From: Felis catus
Lineage: Eukaryota
Assembly: GCF_018350175.1 (NCBI RefSeq)
Contig: NC_058368.1
Coordinates: forward strand, 52,205,815-52,269,814
Direction of reading: 5' to 3'
DNA length: 64,000 nt
A model generated the notes under the pieces. It worked only from the letters and a program-made list of their open reading frames with translations, made no database searches and was not told where the DNA came from. The translations under genes were made by a program, and so were the position numbers. Below are positions 25,352 through 38,000 of the stretch, in pieces (within the stretch, counting starts at the first letter, position 1; every line of letters starts with the position of its first letter).

Positions 25352-25382
25352 TTTTTTTTTTAATGTTTTTTTAATGTTCATT

Positions 25383-25427
<45 letters not shown>

Positions 25428-25586
25428 ATGGTAGGGGAGGGGCAGAGAGAGAGGGAGAACAGAGGATCCAAAGCAAGCTCTGTGCTGGGAGTAGACAGCC
25501 TAATGCGGGGCTCAAACTCATGAACCATGAGATCATGAGCCGAGCCAAAGTGGGACGCTTAACCGACTGAGCCGCCCAGGTGCCCT
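25352..25586 (-). mobile_element. CanSINE with long (GA)n
   Basis: Reverse head, (GA)n 25386-25425, TSD AGTCAAAA. Confidence 0.95.
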
Positions 25587-27154
25587 CAGTCAAAAAGCAA
25601 ACTTCACACTGGTCTGATCACACACCCACACTTTTCCATGCCACACCAACTTGCATGCTTCCGTCAGCCAGATGCCTTCATCTCTTGGTCACCTGAAGAA
25701 AATGTTTTTAGAGTTCAAGTCAACTCAATTCTCCTTTTAAATACTTCATCAATTATTAAATTCATGTCATATTTAGTTTGCTTTTTATCTAGACAATCAA
25801 TTTCATGATCAGCGTTTTTTGTTTGTTTTCTTCAAGGTTTTTAATTGCCTTTCTTTTTAACTTGTGTTGGTCGTATTCATTATAACGTGTTTTTCTTCTT
25901 GTTCTTATTTTATGCACCTAGTATGTCCCGATCTCTAAAAAAATGTTAGAGGCTTTCTGAATATCTTTATTTTCTCCGGGGTCTGTGTTCTGGTTGTTAT
26001 TCTCATCCCCGCTACTGGTTTGCGTATGGATTCCTCATACGCCTGGTGATACTTGGTTATCCATTCAGGGCTGATATGGAAGCAAAAGGTAGATGGGGTG
26101 AGTTTCCCCTGCTATTGCATTTCTCAACTGAATTTTCCCCTGGTGAGGAAATTATAATTGGCAGTTCCGTGTGGGGCTGATCCAGGCCAAAAGGATGATT
26201 GGGTCCCTGAGCCAACTCTGCATATCGATACAGTTTCACCCTTTCCTGCTGTAGAAGGAAGAGATAGTGACCATAGTTGTCTTTCTTTTTTGCCACCTGA
26301 AAAAGATTGCTCTGATAAGTGCAGAGTTAAGAGGTTTCATTTTAGGAGAAATGGAAAATCCAGAATGAAGAGGACCTTCAGTGGTTGGGGAAGTAACATC
26401 CCTATTGAAATCTGACTTTCCTCCTACATTTTGGTTCCGTTTCTTTAGAGAGAAGCCTTGTGATGCTTTGCCTAGAGAGAATGCCAACTGTCTGGGCTCT
26501 GTGCTGGTTGTGGGGTAGTGGGATGGGCACACAGACTGGCATAATGATCCCATGAAAGATCTTTATCAACAACCCGATCTCAGCTTCATTTCCCTTCCCT
26601 ACACTTGGTTATCGGCTAATTCTGAACTCGGAGTCCCTTGGAGGTTCCACTAGACAGATGTTCCTGACTCCCTGGGAACATAGTCTAGGCTGACTCTGCC
26701 CATCGTTTCATTTCAAAAGTCATTTCTGTCCTTGCTGGTTTCCAGACATATTTTTGAAGTGTTTGTTCATTGATAGCAATTTTTCCCAGAAAGCATCTTA
26801 TTCTCTCAGGATGCTGTGGATCTTTTCTTTTTGTGCTTTATGCCTACTCCATCTCAGCCTGCTGCCATTGATGTTTGAAAAAAAAAGGCGGTGGGGAGGC
26901 AAACCGAGATGTCAGTCACATAGTGTCGATTTCTCAGAGACTTCACATAGTTTAGAATCCTTAATTAAAGAATCTCTAGATTCCAAGAGGGCTATAATAT
27001 GAAGGATAAGAAATAGAAGTTGCTACTCGAGGAGTCAAGTGGAAGGAAGGAAATGAACACAGGGTAGCAATGGACTTGATCCTTCTTCTCAGCCTCCTGA
27101 GGAGGAGTCAGCCAAACTGGTTTTTGATCTAGGAAATACACTTGTAGTATTTTT

Positions 27155-27368
27155 AATTTTTTTTTAATGTTTATTTATTTTTGAGACAGGGAGAGACAGA
27201 GCATGAACGGGGGAGGGTCAGAGAGAGAGGGAGACACAGAATCGGAAACAGGCTCCAGGCTCTGAGCTGTCAGCCCAGAGCCCGACGCGGGGCTCGAACT
27301 CACGGACCGCGAGATCATGACCTGAGCCAAAGTCGGATGCTTAACCGACTGAGCCACCCAGGCGCCCC
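27155..27368 (-). mobile_element. Young SINEC_Fc
   Basis: Perfect TSD ACTTGTAGTATTTTTA (27140-27155, 27369-27384). Confidence 0.98.
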
Positions 27369-27589
27369 ACTTGTAGTATTTTTAGAATCACCTGTGCCCG
27401 TCCTTTCCACTGTGTCTGCTTCAGTGTTTGGGGTATTTCGAACTTGCTTCTCTGTCCATTAGGTTTCCTGATGCAGTACCTTGAAAAATATTTTCCCTCA
27501 CGTCTCTCTATGTGATGTCTCCACAGAAGAATCTAACCAGAGCTTTTGTTTTACCACCACCATCAACATTGTTATTATGACTTAAAGGG

Positions 27590-27950
27590 TTGGGTTTCAC
27601 TGATTCCTATGTCTAACCTCCTAAAATCCCTTTGGATTTTTAATCTGCAATTCCCAGTGTTTGCCATTTTAGTACCATCTGCAAATTAGTTAATGTGCTG
27701 TTTAGCCTTTCTTTGAAATCAGTAATTAAGATGTAAAGTAAGACTGAGCCCAAGACTAATTCTCTGGGCTTCCCACTGGGACCTCTCCTGAGCTCGATGA
27801 CTCTTTTATCACCACCCCTGGCTTATCATTTTCCGGCCAAATCTCAAGCCATTTTACTAGGTATATAATTAAGTTGATTTATGAGGGTCACTAGATTACT
27901 TTCATTTTGCTAAATGTTGTCTGATACGTGTATTTGTTTTGCTTAGCTTT
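27590..27950 (-). mobile_element. CR1/L3 LINE reverse-transcriptase fossil
   Basis: Minus strand translates SGKPRELVLGSVLLYILITDFKERLNSTLT then (frameshift) FADGTKM, matching CR1 RT motif [21 protein letters not shown]...FADDTKL. Confidence 0.75.
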
Positions 27951-29013
27951 ATATTTACTTATGTTGAAATACTATAGCCAAAGAAGAGAAGAATATTTTC
28001 AGCCAAAATAACCCGGGTATTTTCTGAGAGACAATCATTTAGGATCTTAGTATCAGTTCTATCATTTAACTGCAGCCAAAGTTCAGCATCTAGAATATAA
28101 TTACAATTCGGTGACATTTTTCTTCTATCTTATTTATTATTTTTTATATTTTTCCAGTTCTCTAGTATCTTTCCACCTTTTTTTGGAGAACAAAAACAAA
28201 AAAGTGTCTCTATTTTGGTAAATGTATTCACTTATTCCCTGATCAACCATAGAAGGATCCTTTGTTTTCGGGACTTAGGCATGTTCTATTAGCTGCCAAT
28301 TATCTATGTCTCAGACTGACATTCAAATAATTAAATATTCAGGTGCACTGATCCTGCCACCAAGGGTTTTATGAGCATTTGAGAAATTTGTTTAAGTTTA
28401 ATTGGGAAATTAAGCCATGGGGCAACGTTACTGCAAACCTCTACTGCTGTGCTCTGAGTAACTAGACTAATCTAGGTCAGAAAAGCACAATAGGACATAC
28501 AAATGCCTAAAGAACTCAACATTGTGCTTGTAATGAGTGCCAAGTTCTGAGATACTTTAATCTCACCATTCTGGAACTTTCTTCTTTGAATTTGCAGAAT
28601 AGGCTCTGGCTAATAACCCGAATCTTAATGATTGCTAGCCTTGTCTCTTTCCTCTGGTCCTCCTCTGTCCGTCAGAACTTTCTCAAGTATTTTATTACGT
28701 GTTTGCAAAGCAGATAACACTCCTAGCCCTCTGAGTCAGACGTCGGTCTCTCCGTTTCTGGGAAACATATCTAGCCAGGCAGTAAACACTTTTATTTCAC
28801 TATAAATACTTGAAAGTTTATGATTGTAGAATGATAGATTATTCTTTCCCCACTGATTCTTAAACACCTCCTGACAGAGAAGACCAAATGAATGGCTCTT
28901 TTTTAATTTTATATTTTCTTTAAGACTTCCTTAACATAATCAAAAAATTACCCTAAGGTAAAGGAAAAAAGAAAAGAAGGGAGGTGGCCGGGGGGGGGGG
29001 GCGGGCGGTGAAA

Positions 29014-29076
29014 GAAGGAAGGAAGGAAGGAAGGAAGGAAGGAAGGAAGGACGGAAGGAAGGAAGGAAGGAAGGAA
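29014..29076. repeat. (GGAA)n microsatellite preceded by poly-G
   Basis: GGAA run with one GGAC interruption; G-run at 28990-29001. Confidence 0.97.
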
Positions 29077-29827
29077 AAGAAATGACAGGAGAAAAAGCAT
29101 GACAGTATGTAAACTTGTTTCTAATATTCAACTCACACTTTCCTAGCTGTTTTCTACTATCTTTGCAGCCACTAGGCTTTTTTTGTTTGTCTGTTTGTTT
29201 TGGTAACAAAATCTCCTGACTTCTCCTTGGTGAAAAATTTCACAGCTTCATGGCCGCATATTCTCCTTTTTCCCTTCTTAGTAAGTAAAGTAATAAATTG
29301 AACCCATGTTAATTGCTTTAAGAGACAATTTTACATGTTTAAGACTTCTGAAATCTTGACCCTGTGAGATGGATATAGAACTCTCAGGTTTATTTTGTTT
29401 TTAACGGAAGCCTTTTAATTAGGAGTTTGAGTAAAACTGAAGAGAATTTTGTCAGTGTTGTTCCAAGTTCTGCTATTCTTTGTGAATTAGGCAGCAATGT
29501 ATCTTCATCAGATTAAATGATCTTCTGTAATTCTGATTTTCACTTGTTATTGTTTTTGACTACATACTATTCTCTTCTTCTTCTCCCTGCTATTTTGCAT
29601 TGATGGTGACTTACAGTAAGCCTCTACTAGACCTAAGATACATTATGTGAGAATAATTAGCATGCTTCTTTGTTTCTCCATGCATATTATATAAACCTAA
29701 CATACACATACATATACGAAATATGTAATCTTGAATATTACTTGAATCCTAATCGGCTCATTATTATTCCGTGTGCAGTCTCTCACTTCTCGGTTACAAA
29801 ATCATCTAACCATTGCTTCTTTTTCAG

Positions 29828-30011
29828 ATAACGTGATAGATCAGATTAGCAACGTGCGGCTGATAGTGCTCTTAGGAGCGAGGTAGGATTCATTTACCTG
29901 ATCGTCACTGCCTCCTACCTCCAGCTGTATCAGACAGTTTGAGGAACAGAGCTTTGGCTGTAAAGATTATCGGTTCACGATGTCGAATTAACTATATGAT
30001 CCTGCATGCAC
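29828..30011 (+). other. Candidate non-coding exon
   Basis: Acceptor TTGCTTCTTTTTCAG| and donor CAC|GTAAGT; stops in all three frames. Confidence 0.25.
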
Positions 30012-30039
30012 GTAAGTTGGATATGCCATTAAAATGACA

Positions 30040-30210
30040 TGCCTTTGAAGCTCTAAGACATGCTAGAAATCGACTACTCCACCCTTTCACCTAAGTGGTA
30101 AGATGACTGAAGTTTACAGAATCAAATCCTTCAGCCAAGGTAATACAGAGTACTGGTAGCAGTTACAGAACTAGAACTAGAGTCGGTTAGAGTGCTCTTC
30201 CTTTGTCTCT
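30040..30210 (-). mobile_element. MIR (diverged)
   Basis: GATGACTGAAGTTTACAGAA..CAGCCAAGGTAATACAG..AGAACTAGAAC. Confidence 0.55.
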
Positions 30211-30713
30211 CCATAAAGATTACTACCTCATCTAGGCAGGATAGAAGCATTGAGGGAAATACCGGGTTGTCTTTGAGAGAGAATGTCTACAAGTCTCGGC
30301 CAACACAAATGTAAAACTTCAGGACATATACACAAATGAACAAATACATTGGTATGCTACTGGTGAATCATAGGTGACAGGTAAAAAAAAAATAAAAATA
30401 GAAAGTAAAAGTAACAGGTAGACTGGCAATTAATGGAAGCTTCCGGCTGTGTAGTTCAGAAAGAAATTATCCAAATACAAGCTACAGAAGGAAATGTCCT
30501 ATGTGTTTTGCTTGATAACAAATTGGCTATAAAGAATTGACCGTGTAAATATGCAAGCGAGATATTAAGACTGTTTCTAAATTTGCTCCTTCTTTGCATT
30601 ATATAAAACATTTTTTAAAATTCTTAAAATCTGGAAATTGTGTTTTAATTAATAACTTGTTCTGTTAAGTAGGATGTGCAATGAATTATGGAAAAGGTCA
30701 AGCATCATGGACA

Positions 30714-30727
30714 CCATTAGATGGCAG
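30714..30727 (+). promoter_or_regulatory. Candidate CTCF site
   Basis: CCATTAGATGGCAG, one mismatch to core CCASYAGRKGGCRS. Confidence 0.4.
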
Positions 30728-32225
30728 TATGACACAAAACTATTGTTTCCATTAAATGTCAGCTTACAGAACAGTTTACATACACATCCACATTGCACTG
30801 ATAGTAAGTTTTTAAACATTTTTTTAAGAAGGATCAAAATGGAGATTCTAATAGAAGAGAGTGTGACAGAACTCAGAGAGAAAGAGGAAAAAAAACTAGG
30901 GAAGAGCACTAAGATAGTAAAGCCAATGGCAGGAAAAAGATATATTCTACGATGATGAACAGGACTTCTTTCTACCATATGCTGGCTCCATGACTATGTG
31001 ATGTAAATATTGCAAAGTTTGGTAAATTTGGGGGGCAAAATTATTTTGTTGAAAATAAAGAAATCAAAAGGATAGTCATTTCATCTCTTTATGACATTCT
31101 GACTTCAAAATGAAAAAGTAACCCCTACTCCAATTGCCATTAGATGTGTAGATATCAATAATTCGGAGCTTCTAGGAGTTGGGCATTCACCTAAGTACAA
31201 CTTCGTATGATAATGATTTAGCATATAAAAAACTTTTGAATACAACCCAATTCCTTTTCGGAGCCAGGGTTATCGGACACAAAACTTAAATCCGGCATGT
31301 GAAATGCAACTTATTCCAAGAGTAACTCCAAGATTTTTTTGTATCTCAAATTATTTTTTATAAGGTGCAATGGACACCATGCCTCGGTAGTATTCTTTGG
31401 TGAGATAGAAATGCTGCGTTTCTAGGTAAGCATGTAGAAGGTAGCAAGACTGGAAGACTCCTGTTACTGTTTTAATTGGGCAACGGTAGATGTAAGTTTT
31501 GAGGGGCACAACATGATTGCCACATTTTAACACTTTTCTCTCCTTTGCTCCTTCCTTTGTATGGCCAGCTCCTGACATAATGAGAGAAAAGTAGCCTTTT
31601 GGGACCAGCTCAATTCCGTGACATATTTTAACAAGGCAAGATCCTCATTAATGCCAGGGACTTTTTGGAGCCCCAGTGGTATCTCCTTATAAATACAGTC
31701 TGTTCAGAACCCAGATATGCAATAGTGTAGACTTATCTGCCGGGTTCTTCCTTCTGCAGTTCAGGAGTGGTCCCATCTGGTTAGTTCAGTATTTTAGCCC
31801 ACATGCATAGACATTGTTAGATTGTGAGTGTTAGCATTCACATATATAGAGATGTTTGAAGATAAAATTTTTCCCCACCCTTCCTGGAAACAACACTGTA
31901 GGAGCTGCCCTATTTTCAGGGTGCCTGATTCTTTCCTGCTTCAGGGCATATTGTTAGCACCAGCTGTGGTCAGAGAGAAAAAAATCCCTGTCCCTGTGAT
32001 GTAATACAGTACAATTAGGCACATAATGTAGATTTTATGCTTTTCTCGGAAACATCTGGTATATACGACATTCTAAGACCAAACCTTGAAGAGCCAGACC
32101 TCCTGTAGCATTTTAATATCAATGTGTCTTTTCACATATTAGTTATCTAATGTTTGTGCCAGTTTCTCAAAACACTACATCCTGAATATCACCTCTTGAA
32201 TGAGTGTAAATTCAAAATGCCTGCC

Positions 32226-32227
<2 letters not shown>

Positions 32228-32264
<37 letters not shown>
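32228..32264. repeat. (GT)n microsatellite
   Basis: Perfect GT run. Confidence 0.98.
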
Positions 32265-32268
<4 letters not shown>

Positions 32269-35220
32269 GTGGGGTTTGGGGGAACTAATATCTGCCCTCA
32301 TCTAAATACCAAATGAATTTTAGATTGTCATTCTAGCCCTGCATTAGCATTGGCCCTGGGGAAAATCATTGTTTATGCATTCTTTTCAGATACTTGGAAT
32401 TAAGAATCAATCTATTTAAACCTTGTTGCTAACATTTCATTTGTATCTCTGACATATTAGGAAAACGTGTATAAAGTTACTACTCTTGTCCATTACTTTT
32501 GAAGAAGTTAGCAGTGGAAAGTTTTAAACAAATTATGTCCAAATTCTCAAGAAAAAAAGAATCAAGCCACTTGAGGAAAAGATAAAATATGATCCTGAAA
32601 GCCTTGTGAACAAAAAAACTCTCTCCCTGAGACCTCTGATCTCCTCAAGGCAGGGCAATCGAGGTGAAAGGGGCCATCTCAGCAGAGTATACTGGTCATA
32701 CTATTCACGCCATCTTATAGGATCCCAGGTTCCCCCAAACCTCACATTGGAACAAACAGAAGATAAAAACAGAAAAGAGGCACAGATTACGTGAAAGTCA
32801 AACTAAGAATGAGAGAAGAAAAATGTGTATGATTCATACGTTTAGAAATTTTAATAATGTAGTAAAATGTTGGCAAAACATTCACAAATGTATGCAGAAA
32901 ATGGCTCGTATTAATTTATAAAAACAATTGGCATTTGGCAACGATTCCATTAATTATACTGAAATTTCAAAGCATAAATTGTGGAATTGTTTGAACCTAC
33001 CACAACATGGAGGAACTCTGAAATACTAGAGAGTTAAAACAAAAATGTTATAAATGGCATAGACAATTCTCCACATCCTTAGATAACTGCTTTAAGTTTA
33101 TTAATAAGTTTAGTGAGGGACTCTCTGGATTCTTGTTCTAACATTAGAATGTTGGGTTGATTCTAAACAGCAGACTCCGCGCTTTAGTGCCATTTTGATG
33201 GAGGTATTTCAAAGACCTTGGGAAATTGTTCCTGAACTCTCAGAGTCTTGGTTTTCTCATTTGTAGGTGCTGCTTACAACAAGCATGTTCTGAGGTAGTT
33301 TCCAGCTCTAAAACATGGAGTTTATGGATTTTAATGTGATACCCTATAATTGTGTGGTGAATGCCTTGCTTTATAAAAACATTAAATCTGTTATTTTTAA
33401 CCACATTTACATCACAGTGGTTCTTAATAAATATCAAAAAACAATGGTCCAACACCATAATATGAAACATGCTAGAAACAGATGGCAGTGCTGGGTATGT
33501 CTAAGTAGATGGACAGATGGAGCAGGACTTACATTCTTTCCAACCCCGGAAGCTTTGAAGGGGTTGAATGACAAGACTTATTTTTCCTCTAATTTAAGAA
33601 GTAATTTGGTGTAAGGACAAAGAGTACCATTTCGAGTATGAGAAACAATAGATAGGGAAAAAAACAAACAAACAAAAAAAACGAGTTCCAGTGATAGAGC
33701 AGACTGGCCTAATATGAGCCACTTTCCCTTTACCAAAACTCACGAAACGCTGTATAAAATAGCATAGCAGTGTTTTAGTAAAAATACAAAGATGAGTTGG
33801 AAAAAAAGGCCAGAAAATTCCCACTTGCAGAATCAGTAACTACAGGGGGAGTGTGAGCAAATGAACTGGGGCTCTGGTCCTCGTGATATTGACGTTCTGG
33901 TATAGGTCCAAGAGGGAATAAGAAAGTGAGCACCAGGCTTACATGAGGGATAGAGGATAAATTCAGAAATCTGGAAGGGCTGACCTTTCTTAAAGAACAT
34001 CCTGGGAAGAGTCAAGAATGCCTATCTCTGGATGAATAAATAAACCTCCTATAATAAAAACCTCAAGTGTGTGAAGTCCAAATTTATACATCCATGCTGT
34101 GTGTGATTCCCAAGTACAGAAATTAATGGGATATCTTGTCCTAGATTAACAAAATCTCTGGGATATTCTATGAAAGCAAATATAGGGACTTTTCTATGAT
34201 ATAGATTGTACAAGACATCCATGAGAAAAAAACAGCAAACTACCAAAAACAATAGCAACAATAATAAAACACCAACTGAAGATGAGCTCACAATAGAAAT
34301 GATGAGGTAAGTAAGAAAATGATGAACACTATAAGGAAAAGTCAACAGAAACACAAATAAAAACCGCCTCAATAGAACAGTCTAAAGGTTGGCATGAAAT
34401 CTGTGTATGCCAACAATATTTAAATCAGGCAAGTGGGAATACAAAAGATTATTATTCTCTAATTTGTATTTTTCTTTAGTTTATAAAATGTTCCACCAGT
34501 AACTGGTATTTATCTTATAGCAAGAAAAATATTGTGAACGTTTCTGTCTTGTAGCATTCAACATACTAATTCTTGGGGAAATCTTTCAAGCTGCTCTCAG
34601 GTCAATGGTAACACAAATGTAAAAATTTCTCGTTGAATTATATTTTTATTTGAAACGCTGCAAACAATCCTAATATTTTAGTTTGTAATACAGTTTTATT
34701 TTTATTCTTGGACAAGCCTTCCATTGTTTGTTTTTTAAATCAGTATTCAGGAAATGCTTCAATAGTCATGGAAATAGTTATTTTTTTAACTCAATATTAC
34801 ATACTAAATATCTCCATACTTGTTCTTCAACAGCAATATAAAGCGTATGGCAGTCTCAATTATGACACGTGACATTTTATGAGTACACAGTCTTAATTTG
34901 AGGATATAAAATATATGGTAATTCATTAATATCAGAATTTCCAGACATAAGGTGGGTAAATCACATGAGAAGGCAAAGGGTGTTGAGCTAGAGGTAATCA
35001 TATATTTTCCCTGTATGTCTGTAGAAGTACAAATAACCTTTCTTTTTCTTCAAAAAAATCAGCATGGTGCCCAGATGGGGGCACACTCAGCTCTTAGCAA
35101 AAGGAGGGGGTAGGACTAACAGGGGGTTGCCTTCAAAGATGGTCGAAACCCAAGGGGATTTTCATCACAGGTTTTCGGCATTGGAAGGTCTTTGAAGATT
35201 TTTGGATTTTTGCTTAACAG

Positions 35221-35302
35221 GTGGTCTTTGCGCCTGCTGCAGTTTCTGCTGATCTGAAGCCACACGGCTCAGCACGACTCCTACCTGCTTGGTTTTCTGG
35301 AG
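35221..35302 (+). other. Candidate internal exon (82 nt), product unknown
   Basis: Acceptor TTTTTGCTTAACAG| and donor GAG|GTAAGG. Confidence 0.3.
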
Positions 35303-35488
35303 GTAAGGCCCCAGGAGTTTCTCCTTTTTCTCATCCAAAGATTACTTGTCTTTCGAGAGGGTTATGGTTTCCCTCCCCCACTTTCCCACCCACTACCAAC
35401 TGGTGCCCCATGCTGTGAGCATGAATCCTGCCCCTCAGTGATAGCAGACAGGAAAGCCCAAAATAAAAAGCAGTATGATGGAAGGGGC

Positions 35489-35502
35489 CCACTAGGTGGC
35501 AG
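35489..35502 (+). promoter_or_regulatory. CTCF core motif
   Basis: CCACTAGGTGGCAG matches CCASYAGRKGGCRS at every position. Confidence 0.6.
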
Positions 35503-36299
35503 AATTGATTAAGCAGATAGTATGTAAAGGCTGAACTCCAGGAACAAAAACAGGATGGGAAGAGCGTGCCCTAAGAGCTGGTGTCCCCACCTTTCCAATA
35601 CGGCTCACCCACCTACCAGGGCTGAGCTAATCCGGCCCCGCTGTTTTTACCTTCCTCAGGGAAGTGGCACTTTGGAGAGTGACATCATACTGTCTGACAG
35701 TGGTGTTAAACACTGGGAGGCTGTCACTGCAGGTAACAGATGCTCCTCAAGGCTCTACCTTGGGAAGGGGTGACCTCTAAGATGGGGTAGTCCACCCACC
35801 CAGGGGGCTAAGCATCTATTTTTTTTAAGTTCCTGAGCAGAATACTAGCAATGCCCCTTATTTTGAGAGCGTATATTGTCTACAAACTCTCAATTCTCTG
35901 ATGCAGCAAGTTGTCCCAGTCTAATCGACAGAACTTGGACGGAATCTTTAGCTATCTTCCCAGGTTTACGCTGGCAAGTTATTTATTGAGTCATCAGCAT
36001 CGGTCAGCTTTACCAAGTACCTCAAGATTGAAACAAACTTTATGAAAAATATGCAAGAACTCAGCATTCAAGATGTACACTAAATTTTGTTCAGCTCTAA
36101 TTTCAGCTCATCTCGCACCCACCTACTTACCCTGGCTTGCTACATGCAGCCAGTTCTATTTATCAGCAGTTTCATGCTATTTAGAATGCACACAAGGTCC
36201 TTTAGGCCTGAGGTTTAGACTAACTCCTAACTATTACTCGACTTTTACCAATAGTATCGATAGCATGGGGATTCCACGCGTTGTTGAAATACTTAAAGA

Positions 36300-36480
36300 A
36301 AGTTATTGAATGCTTACTACGTCAGCAATGGGTCTGTATTACCTAATTTAATATTTTCATCAAACCTAGGACCCAGATGCTCTTGTCAGCTTTGTTTTTT
36401 GATTGAAGGAACTAAAGCATAGAGCACTGAAGAACATTGGAAAGATCTGTAGCTAGTGATGATAAGGCAGAACTGGATGA
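36300..36480 (-). mobile_element. MIR
   Basis: TATTGAATGCTTACTACGT..GATTGAAGGAACTAAAGCATAGAG. Confidence 0.65.
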
Positions 36481-37019
36481 CAGAATAATTTGGGACAACT
36501 TCAATCTTCCCCCAGAAATGTCTTTATTGAAAAATAATTTTCCTTCCTTTCTTAGTTGAATTGAGACACAACAAACATTACATTTCTATTTAATGGCTGT
36601 GTATGGGGTCAATCTTATATTTGCCCTAAGTTGTAAATAAGGCAAACTTATGCATGTTCTGAATAATGGCTAGTATACACTGTGGGCTCTCAGTTATTTT
36701 AATTAATTGTAATCTAAAATACAGAGTTTATATTTTCCGGACAAACGTGGAATGATGGGTTGGACTGTGTATCTTCAAAGCTTAAGGTAGAAAATGAAAC
36801 TTTGGCACGAGGGGTTATATGAATCCAGCCCAGTAAGACTTAGCCGCCTTTCACTTAGGCAGTAGGGGAAATTGTTGGTATTATGATTTCTGTGTGTGTT
36901 GACGGGGCATGTTATTGAATGCTGATGTCATTTTAGATTTTACATTTCTCCTGTAAAAGCAACCCAACAGCTGAAGAGGAATCAAGAACTACCATTTCTG
37001 CTCTCTCTCTCTTTGTTAC

Positions 37020-37260
37020 CTTTTTATTTTGGAATAAGTTCAGATTTAGAGAAAAGTTGCAAAGATAGTACAAGAGGTTCCATCAACCCTTCACCAATTT
37101 CCACACTTGTTAACATGGTATACTTGTCAAAACTAAGATATTCACTTTGGTAAAATAGTATTTATTAGGCTATAAAACATAGTTGGATTTGACTGTTTTT
37201 CTACTAATACCCTTTTCTTTGTTCCAGGATCCAGTCCAGGATACCATGACTCACCTTGTG
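37020..37260 (-). mobile_element. L1MC/MD 3'-end fragment
   Basis: TTTATTTTGGAATAAGTTCAGATTTAGAGAAAAGTTGCAAAGATAGTACA..GTTCCAGGATCCAGTCCAGGATACC. Confidence 0.8.
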
Positions 37261-37364
37261 TCCTTCTCTGTTTGTCTAATTAGTGCTGAAATGTGAGGTA
37301 GCATCATCTTCTCTATCTTCTACCCATTTGCTTTGGTGTGAACCACCACATTTTTAGAAAAAAA

Positions 37365-37542
37365 TGTTTACTTTTCAGAGAGCACCAGCAGGATGGGGCC
37401 AAGAAAGGCAGACAGAGGATCCAAAGCGGGCTCTATGCTGACAGCAGCGAAGTTGATGTGGGGGGACTCAGACTCACAAACTGTGAGAACATGACCCAAG
37501 CAGAAGTCCCGCACTCAACCGACTAAGCCGCCCAGGTGCCCC
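37365..37542 (-). mobile_element. Diverged CanSINE
   Basis: CCGACTAAGCCGCCCAGGTGCCCC reverse head. Confidence 0.9.
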
Positions 37543-37795
37543 TAGAACTATTTTTTTTAATGCCGTATTATCTAAACTAACTGACCCATTTTACAGGTGG
37601 GAAATCTGAGGCCCAGAGGATGAGGTTAGTAGTGTCCACCTGGGTTTTTATGTAGTGTATCATGATTACAGTGTCTACTTTGGTTTCCTTCATACTTTCC
37701 ATATCCTCATCAGCCACTCCCTTTAGTAGCTCCTAGTTTGCAGATGATTTATTTCATAATTTAATGTGGTTAACCAAATTAATAGTAAAACAGAA

Positions 37796-38000
37796 TTTTT
37801 AATGTTTATTTATTTTTGACAGAGAGAGACAGAGTGTGAATGGGGAAAGGGCAGAGAGAGAGGGAGACACAGAATCCAAAGCAGGCTCCAGGCTCTGAGC
37901 CGTCAGCACAGAGCCCATACAGGGCTCGAACCCACGAACGGTGAGATCATGACCTGAGCTAAAGTTGGCCGCTTAAATGACTGAGACACCCAGGCACCCC
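37796..38000 (-). mobile_element. CanSINE
   Basis: Full body, reverse head CACCCAGGCACCCC. Confidence 0.96.
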
